A DNA stretch of 64,000 nt from Octopus vulgaris. Taxonomy: Eukaryota. This document shows positions 55,000 through 64,000 of this stretch, piece after piece; the stretch's first letter is position 1, and the number at the start of each line of letters is the position of its first letter. The position numbers and the translations under genes were made by a program. The DNA lies in assembly GCA_951406725.2 (NCBI GenBank), contig OX597831.1:34720001-34784000 (forward strand). The letters are read 5' to 3'. The notes beneath the pieces are model-generated. The model searched no databases. It saw only the letters and a program-made list of their open reading frames with translations, and was not told the origin of the DNA.

Positions 55000-55855
55000 T
55001 ATTTTATTGTTTAAGTTCAAAATGGAATGCAAATCATTAAACACTGCTCTCAATATCAAATAAGTATTTGGCCAGAGTATTGGCAATGAAAGTAAAGAGA
55101 AGCCTAAGGCTAGCCTTGAAGATAAGCTGTGAACAGTCTTCTGTGACTGACAACTAAGTGAAAGGCCTGCACAAAGCAAATCATGAGATGACAGAACTAA
55201 ATGTTAAACATTTGACAATTGTACCATACTGGTAAATCAAAATATGATCTACTTACAATGCATTCTGAAATTTAATGAAAAATGGATTCTTAACAATAAG
55301 CTGAGGGGAAGCACCAAAACATCCCCAAATTGACGCTGCATATAAAAAAAAGAAAAATTATGGCTATTATTTGATACTCCCAAAGTGGAACCGTTCACCT
55401 CTTGAATCTGGTTAAAGCTATCACAGTAGAGAAATATTGCCAGAAATGGCAAAATTCATCAAGAACTGCAAACTTTACTTCCAGCATTGGCCAAGAAAAA
55501 TTCTCTTCCATGACAGCACACAGTTGGGTCCTACTATACAGAAATTGAAAAAGATACCTGGACAACAAAACTCAACAATATATCCAGCTTAGGTCCCCAG
55601 AACCGCTCACTGACATTCTATAACATTTCTATAGCATCACAGTAACTTTTTACAGGACTTCAACACCAAAGCAGAAACTCAAAATACTTTGGAAAAAATT
55701 GATTCCAGGACACAGAAATTGTATGCTACTAGAGTAAATAGACCTGTTGTTACATTGTCATGATAAATATGTAGATACAAATGGTTGTTATTTATAGCAT
55801 TTATTCTTAGCTCAAATGTATTGATTTAAAGACAATGGTTGAAGTAAAAACCACT
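55000..55855 (+). pseudogene. Heavily decayed mariner (Hsmar1/SETMAR-like) transposase remnant
   Basis: Colinear peptide islands across frameshifts (EKWIL, EAPKHP, NLVKAITVEKYCQ, DSRTQKLYATRVNR, KYVDTNGCY) match mariner DEKWI..EAPKHFPK..GETIT.EKY.Q..SR...FYATGINKL..RWQKCVD.NG.YFD. Confidence 0.7.
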
Positions 55856-58800
55856 AGTGATTTTGTGCTAATCTGGTGTGTGTGTGTGTGTGAATGTGTA
55901 TATACACTTTGTTGATAAGATCATAAGAGACTGAGTTCAAGATGGAAAAAAATTTTAACCAAGGTTCAGAACCATCCAAGGATACAAAGAAACAAGTTCT
56001 AACTAGAAGAGGATCTTTTCTTACTTGGAAACTTAAAAATCTCATTAAAAAAAAATTAAAACCAAGATAAGAAATGATGAGTGCTACATCATGCAAATAG
56101 AAAAAAAAATAAATAAATAAAAGCCATTCACCCATGAGCATTCCTTAAAGGAAATATCTCTCCAAGATTTTGGAAAGTTTTGTATCACCAAGGTGATTTA
56201 AATTTAGTTAAAAAAAAAATGACAAACATTGTAATAGAGTTACAGCCAGATTTCACATAAATGCTGAAATTATTTCTCTTAAATGTTATGGAGTTATCTT
56301 CCATAATAACATGCCAATTGATATTCTGAATAATACATAAGATATGATGCAAGTGATTCCTTCCTGGTCATTGACACAAGTTAAAAAGTAGCTCTGCTCC
56401 ACCCTCACAGCACAATTTATCTCTTTCTAGAAACAAACATCACTTTCATAACTTTCTCATATTTTTTTTTCCCAACTGACGAATATAACAGGTATTATTC
56501 TTATATAGAAACGGACTTATCTCCATCACAACACATCCAACTATCTCACTGTCAACTGAAATCAACTACTGGCAGATACCAAGATGGGCCTTCCACCTTA
56601 CTGAGTCTCATTTACCATGGGTGTGAGCTGTTTTTATACCAACTGCTGTCACCCATATACAATGTCACATCTAATTGGCAATATACACTGAAATACCAAT
56701 TACTGATGGTACATATGTTACATTGCTAATCTATAATATCTAAAATTGATATAGAAATTATAGAGTTGTAACAATACTCATGTTTTTTTTGTTTTTTTTG
56801 CTGTTGTTGATGCATGTTGGAAATTGAAGCAAAATAATGATTAAAAGCAAGCAGGCTTCACACACTAGTGAGTAGTATGATATGCTTATGGTTGTTGTGA
56901 CAATAGACTAATTGGTAGGTTTCTGGGAAATGAAGATGAAGTATTGACTACTAAAGCTAGGTTTTATGGAAGTAGGTTCAACAACTGAGGCCTGAGGGGA
57001 GAAGTCTGGCATGGATTTTCAGGTAAAGAATATAAAAAAAATCATCTCAGGGAAGTTTCTAAACTCTTGATGTTTCTTCAAAATACTTTAGCAACCTCTT
57101 GAACACACACATATATACATATATATATACGTGCATACACAAGCGCACACATTTTTCGTTTTTACTAATTGCAGTTACTGAAATGTAAGTTGGGGTAACA
57201 TACTAAGGGGTTTCAGTTATGCTAACTATACTGACAAAAATTTTCAGTTTAGCACTCTAGAATTTGACATCTTTGTTTTATACTACTTCATTTTTTTAAA
57301 ATTAATTTTAATTATGACCAGAATAGGAAATATATTACATCCCACCCCCTACTGCTGGCACCATCAACTTTTCCATTGTCTTTTAGTATTAAGAGAAAAA
57401 AACCAACAAAACAAACAAATTAGTCATTTTGTTTTCAGTGTCAAGTATATCTTGTCTATTAAATTAATTGTTGAAAATGAGCTATTCTGTGACATTTTAT
57501 CTTTTGAAAGGGTAAAAAAAAAAAAAAATTCTCCCTTTCTCTCCCTCATTCATCTCCCCTTCCTGCCAGTCCAAAAATAAAAGGAAAGAAAAAGTTGTCT
57601 AAGTAGCTATGTCATTTGAAAAATGTTTTGTTAATTTTAAGAGACTTCAGACCAAATCTAGATGAAATGCTTAAAAAAGTAAAAAAAAAAAAAAGAGAGA
57701 GAATGATTTTTAAATATTTCACGTTTCCCTCCATCAGTCTAGAATCAGAGAAAGTGAAGAGAAAAAGAAAAATCTCAGGATTACAGACATTTCAAGAAGT
57801 AAAATATTTCTAGTAATTCTGGAATAATATTCACAATTTTGGAGGTGTACTTGCGAGGCAAGAAGTGATTGGATCTGAGATCATGTGTTGAAACTAAAAT
57901 GATTACAGTGTGGAAGACACATATTAGCCATTCAAAAACACACACACAAGGACTGCAACAGTCACAGTTAAACTGTGTCAGTGACCAGGTTGCAGATGGT
58001 GTGAAGAAAATTTTGACACCAAATAATAAATGCTTAAATGGAGTTAACACTGTGTGTGTGTTTTTGAATGGTTGGTGTGTATCTTCTACACTGTAATATT
58101 CACAATGCAATCTCAAAAGAGATGGTCTGACATTGCTAGGGGGAAGGGGAATGAAACAGAAAAAAAGCATATGAAAAAAAAAGGATAAAAAAGAAGACTT
58201 ACACCAGATATTGCAGTATGACTCTATAATTTCTTGATTAATTCTCCGTAAGAATGAGATATTCGGAAAATAATGGTACTTCTTATTTTTTCCAACCAAA
58301 AACCATTTTACGTTTGGCTAGATTATAGAGAAAAATGTACACGCTAAAACTGTTGTTTTCTAGAAGGTTACAGAAGTATGGTAACTTAACGCTTGGTATC
58401 TACTGGAAAAGCAGAAGTTGATGATAATGGTGAAATTAATACTTACATGACATAAGCTATGAGTACAGTTGCATGCACCCTGATTGTAATATAACTATCA
58501 TCTTTAAGCCATTTTTAATTTCTACATCTTTGAAAACAACTCGGCATGTTTATAGATAGAAAGAAAACAATTAGAAAGATAGAATTTTCGATCACTTGTG
58601 TGGCCATCATCAAGAAGATTTTGTCAATATTAAAAACATGAATCTAACTCCTCACATATAAATTCATTCTATTTGTATAGTATATGAGAAGATAGTTTCA
58701 GGATAGATTTTGTTACAACAAAAATAGAAAAAAAATTTTGTAGAATTATGCTGTGTTCAAGCAATTTAAGAATAAAGAATATTAGAAGGTGAGTGTTCAA

Positions 58801-59670
58801 TCAACTACGCAACAGATTTTTCACAAATTTTAGGAGTGTAGCATATAGATGGCTAGACTGAAAGTAAGAACCGACAGTTAACTTCTTTACTCAAACTTCG
58901 ATTTTGATATGTTTAAGTGTGTGTGTGTGAAATGCTGACGAGAAAACAGCCGCATAATTAGTATCAATCTAAATTCATTAGAAATAGAAATTATTGGTAC
59001 TATGTCTACAAAACTAATGATCTGAGTTAAGAATTTTGGATGAGGAATTGAAAATGAAAAAAATTAATAATTTATATTAAATATTCTGAAAAAAGGATTT
59101 GGTGAAATAATTTCAAGAAATGCTTTTTTTAAAAAATAAATTTATAATTTCAAAAGAAAAAAAATTGATCTTCATTACATGTTTTTTTTTAAATAGCAAT
59201 AGTAATCTGGCAAAAAAATTTATTGCAGACAATCAAAATGAAGATTAATTAGGATTAAATTTTTTTCTTTTCTTTTTCTTCTTTTTTTTTTTTTTTTATA
59301 AGAGAAAGAACACACAACTGGCTACAATATGATTACTTTTGGCAACATTTCTTTTTTTTTTTTTTTTTTTGCTTTTGTGAATTTTTGTTGTATTTTTTTC
59401 CCAACCTGAAATTCATATATACATTTATCTAAACAGTGTAATTATTATAATCACATTACACTGCTTATAGACAAGGAGAAAACAAACGAAAACAAAAAAA
59501 AAATTAGAAAAACAAAATGCCAATACTGCAAATAGAAAGCAATAAAAAAAATGCTAGTATAAACATCAAAAAGTGATTAATGTCAAAAATTAGTAACAAA
59601 AGAAAAAAAAACATTGAAGGAGTAAAGAAATGGGTAAAATTTAGATTCTAAAAGAAAATCCAAGCATTAC

Positions 59671-59938
59671 CTTCTTCAACAGTGGCATCCAATTGTTTCA
59701 CCTTTCTGTGTACATCCTCCATGCGAGACTGCAAGTGGTTAAGTCTGTTGTACACAGAAGAGGCTTCTGAAAACAGCTCAGTGAACAGGTCCTCAGCATG
59801 TTTGCTCAAGCTGCTCAACTGGCGAATAGTATTAGCTAGTGTGTTGTTTGCTACACATTCTAACTCATTCCTTACACCTGGGTGTACCCCTACATTACTC
59901 ACATGGACTGGCTCGACTATACGCTTTATCAAAGGCAT
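59671..59938 (-). CDS. WASF3: First coding exon of WAVE/SCAR (Wiskott-Aldrich syndrome protein family) gene, N-terminal WAVE-homology domain
   Basis: Translation MPLIKRIVEP...NELECVANNTLANTIRQLSSLSKHAEDLFTELFSEA...VKQLDATVEE matches the WAVE/SCAR N-terminus (ELECVTN..LA..IRQLSSLSKHAEDIFGELF...VTQLDSTVEE). Minus-strand acceptor ttttctttcag|GTC starts the exon at 59953, 15 nt before the ATG at 59938. Donor GAAGAAG|gtaatg follows 59671, giving 268 coding nt (phase 1). The ORF-track tail GNAWIFF is intron read-through. The symbol is the closest vertebrate-style name; invertebrates usually have a single WAVE. Confidence 0.95.
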
Positions 59939-60136
59939 CTTTCACTCACAGACCTGAAAGAAAAGAAAAAGAAAGCACAGTTTAATAGCCATCTGTGTTT
60001 TTTGTACTTAATGCAAACACATCATGAAAATCCAAACAAATGCAGCAATTGTACAGACATATCTCTTATGGACATACTGTGTTTAACAACACAAATATAT
60101 TGGTATCATGAAAATTGCCCAGCAGTGGGGCTAAGA

Positions 60137-60182
60137 ATACTAGACAACACATTTCTGCCTCTTTGGGCTTCATCAGTAGCAT
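60137..60182 (-). ncRNA. Degenerate Penelope-type hammerhead-like motif
   Basis: Minus strand reads atgcta CTGATGA a gcc-caaaga-ggc a GAAA t gtgtt GTC tagtat. Stem I is atgcta/tagtat, the core boxes are intact, and stems II and III are weak. Confidence 0.5.
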
Positions 60183-62855
60183 ATACTCACTGGCACCCAT
60201 ATGCTAATATACCAAGAACAAAAAAAAAATCATTCTTCTCTCCCAATTTCAAAACAATTATTTTAAGTGCTAGCATGAAGACTATGTGTCACTCAATGCT
60301 TCTATCTTTGTGTTGTAAATGTAAACGAGATTCTTGTTGTGATTAAAGCATTGAATATGGAAGGATAAGAATCAGTAGGCTGCCCTAATGTAGTAGGTAG
60401 CACATTAAAGAAGATACATAGTTCACATCTATGAAGCAACTTTTCCATCCAGGGATTTTTAAAAACAATGTATAATAAGCTATTCTTTAGTACTGAAGTC
60501 ACTTCAACATAGTTTATTAATAATCCTTTGTTCTATAAGCACAAGACCTGAAATTTTGGGGGAGGAGGCTAGTTGATTACTTTGACCCCAGTGCTCAATG
60601 ACCCCGAAAAGATGAAAGACATAGTTGACCTTGGTAGAATTTGAACTCAGAACAAAGCAATAGACAAAATGCCACTAAGCATTTTGATCAATATGCTGTT
60701 CATATTCATATTACATATTCTTCAATATTTCTACATTTGCATTACAAATGATTAATTTTTTCCAAGCAGATAGTCATCATTTCTCAATCAAAATACTTCT
60801 TCAAGTAATAACCGTTTCATCCATCAAGCCATTCATCCCCTCTTAATACCAATAGTTACTGTCTGTCTTGAATGCATCAAATTAAATTTCCAATTTATTT
60901 AAGCTCAGCCTGTCTCTTAAGATCACAATACAGGACATTTCAGCAGAGATCAGTTTTGTTACAAATATTCAGATCAGACCTATCCTCAATCCCCTCTCAA
61001 CTAATGTTTTTTTCATGCATGTTCTACATGAATCTTACCGGAGATGGCCTGTAAAGGTTATGAGCATGGCAATGGCCCCCACCACTCCTGATAGAATTTA
61101 AAACAAAAAAAAGAAAAAAAAAAATCTGCAGATCACAGTATAAACTTAAATATCTGACCAAACTATCTAAACTGCAGGAAGAGAAACAGAAAGACATTAA
61201 ACAGGTTCACTTGAAGCTGTGTGATCAAGAAGTTTTCAGGTTGTCCCATTATGTAGCACTTAAGACAAAGGTTTTCTGGGCTGAGTAATACACTGTGAAT
61301 GAATTTTGTAGACAAAAACTGCACAGAGGCCTATTGTATATGTGGTATGTATGTGCAAACAGCCATGCACACTTGTGCTGGCCTCTCACTACTTGACAAC
61401 TGGTATAGATTTTTATGTCTCAGTAACTTAGCAGTTCACCAAAATAGAGACTAGAATCAATTGATTAAACACTCTTCAAGGTGGTGCCCCAGTATGGCCA
61501 CAAACCAATGACTGAAACAAATAAGAGAATAGATAGTTTGTTGAATTAAGTATGCTAATTTAAACTAAAATCAAGAGAGAGTCAAGTAAAAAAAAAAACA
61601 CTGAGATACAAGAGGAGATGAGTTAACAGAGTAGAAACTCTATATGTACAGAAGAGCAAAAGTGGATGAACAAAACAGCTTCAGACGAAACTATTATAGC
61701 AGTACAAACCCTAATTTAATAGTAATTTTTGTATACCGACTAACATAATTCAGATATTTTGATTGTTAAAACTATATTTAGTGTTTTGTTTCAACAGCCA
61801 AGATGTCCTTTGCATTGACGATCAGTTAATGGTGATCACCTTAACAAATGACTGCTAGATTTGAACATCATGAGCCAACAAAAGAACTCCAACATGGTCA
61901 CTTAAGGTTGATTTAGTTACTATATCTGATTAAATCACAGCTTACCATCCTATCAAGATATACTATGTCAGAATAAAAGACAAAATGGCTATAAAGGCAA
62001 TGTTTCCGATCATTGTTCTACTTCATCAGAATGAACATGGAGACTGAAAGAATAACACAAATCATTTAATAACAGATAATTATTACGCCCACAATTTTAT
62101 TCACGTGTGCATGTGCATGCGATTCCAATGAGTTTTTTCATAAAAACGGTCACACATGTCTATTTCCTTATGATGGTAGCAGGGGTTAGATTATTCTCAG
62201 TCATTTACATGAACTACTGTCAAATGTGACCTGAAGATTTTAATTAGTTCCAAATGTTAACCACTGAATTTATCATGACCTAAATACACAAGCACAGAAG
62301 GTTTGAGATGGGGAGCTTAAGTGAATTCTTGAGGAGTTGTGAAAACAATGAAGCCATTTGTCAATCCTCATTCGAAGCTGCTAAAAGGGCCATGTGGTCC
62401 ATACGCAGGACCAAATTTTAAATCATGATTAAATACATATGGATATGACTCTTAAAAAACAACTGAGGAAAACAGTATTGACCAAGTTTATCTTGCCCCT
62501 CATAATGTAACCATCAACACAACCTTTTAGCATACATGATCAAAATGGCTAACACAACATATGCCTACACTCAACAAACCAACAAGGTCTAGACCCAGAA
62601 CAGTCTGAATCATTGCATATATAGGTTACTGATCTAATTATGGAATTAGCTTACTATCATTCTATTAGGACTGCTCCATAACAACATTTAATGGCATTCT
62701 TAAAAGTTTACAAATATAAGGCTATGATTAACCAATTATTTTATCTCATATAAACATCAAATCTGGAAGTGAATTAAACGATGTAGGGGAGATTTGGAAA
62801 AAGAACAAAAATGATCCAGAAATAGTATTCCACCACCTTTCTTTCTTGACTTACA

Positions 62856-62893
<38 letters not shown>

Positions 62894-62989
62894 ATGCACT
62901 ATATATATATATATATATATATATACTCTTTTTAACTTAATTTCTGGGTTCTCAATAAGTGGAAGGGTTTGCTAATTCATATATTCATA

Positions 62990-63680
62990 AGGCTCTGTAG
63001 TTAAGTAGTCACTGTAGTTATGTATCACTTTGGGCAAGTGTCTTCTACTATAGCTCCAGGTTGGCTAATATCTTGTGACTGAAGTCCATTGAAACTGTGT
63101 GGAAGCCAAATGTGTATATGAATGTATGTAGGAGTGGCTGTCTAGTAAGTAGTTGCTTACCAACTACATGCTTCTGGGTTCAGTTCCACTGCATGGCACT
63201 ATATATATATATATCTTTATATATGTATATTTATGTATGTGTGTTTGCCCTTTCACCATCTCTTGACAACCAATGTTGGTGTGTTTACGTCCCTGTAACT
63301 TAGTGGTTCAACAAAAGAGACCGATAGAACAAGTACTAGGCTAACAAAAAATAAGTCTGGGGTCGATTTGTTTGACTAAAAGGCAGTGCTCCAGCATGGC
63401 CGCAGTCAAATGACTGAAAACGAAAAATAAAAACATATACACACACTCATATGGGGTGGGGGTGTTTTAGTGTTTGTCCCATCCCTACTATTTGACAACC
63501 AGTGTTGGTTTGTTTACAGCCCCACAACTTAATGGTTCAACAGACCCGCAATAGAGACCAATAGAAAAGTATCAAACTTAAAAAAGACAAATTCAGGGGC
63601 CGATTTGTTTGATCAAACCCTTTAATGTGACATCCCAGTATGGCCACAGCCCAATGACTGAAAGGAGTAGAAGAAGATAA
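62990..63680 (+). mobile_element. Family B SINE cluster (heads and two type 1 tails)
   Basis: Head ttgggcaagtgtcttctactatag, with tails gaccgatagaacaagtactaggc...ctccagcatggccgcagtcaaatgactgaaa at ~63240-63420 and ~63470-63665. A decayed copy lies at ~61210-61530. Confidence 0.8.
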
Positions 63681-64000
63681 AAGAATGTGAGCCAATAAAC
63701 AAAGCAAGAAGTTATTTCAAACATAGCAATGAATGATTTGCTTTAATTATAACAATTAGAGAAACTGTATAAATTAATTTTGATTAGCATCTAGAACCAA
63801 TGTAACTGAAGATCCAGCTCTCCATGCAAACGCTATTTGACTTCACTCCCTTTCTTTTACGATATCATCATTATTTAACATCTATGTTCTATGTTGGCAT
63901 GGAATGGATGATCTGACAGGTCCAAGGATCACATCATGCCCCACTATCTACTTTGGCATGATTTCTACAGCTCAATACCCTTCTTAATGCTCAACCACTT

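Noticed and set aside
59648-59670. ORF-track C-terminus GNAWIFF-stop implying a 96-aa truncated WAVE
   Set aside because: It is read-through past a canonical GT donor at the point where homology ends.
59682-60346. Plus-strand ORFs overlapping the WAVE exon
   Set aside because: They are antisense shadows of the real exon and adjacent intron, with no recognisable homology.

Overview
AT-rich, repeat-dense animal genomic DNA. The SINE, RTE and MITE repertoire looks like an octopus or other coleoid cephalopod (inferred from repeat style, not proven). There is one clear host coding exon: the first coding exon of a WAVE/SCAR (WASF-family) gene on the minus strand (59671-59938), with canonical splice sites. 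I could not find the next WAVE exon by eye, so most of the window is probably one very large intron. That intron is filled with tRNA-derived SINEs, RTE/RTE-X LINE fragments and tails, TTAA piggyBac-type MITEs, a decayed mariner, a Helentron-like element and micro/minisatellites. The most notable non-coding signals are hammerhead-ribozyme motifs of the Penelope-associated type. One is apparently intact (26012-26102, plus strand) and several are degenerate. One degenerate pair lies inside a foldback element that joins a tRNA-like Pol III head to a hammerhead tail around a perfect 42-bp palindrome (42771-43156). Almost all ORFs in the track are spurious microsatellite or repeat read-throughs. Repeat boundaries were read by eye and are approximate unless stated as exact.
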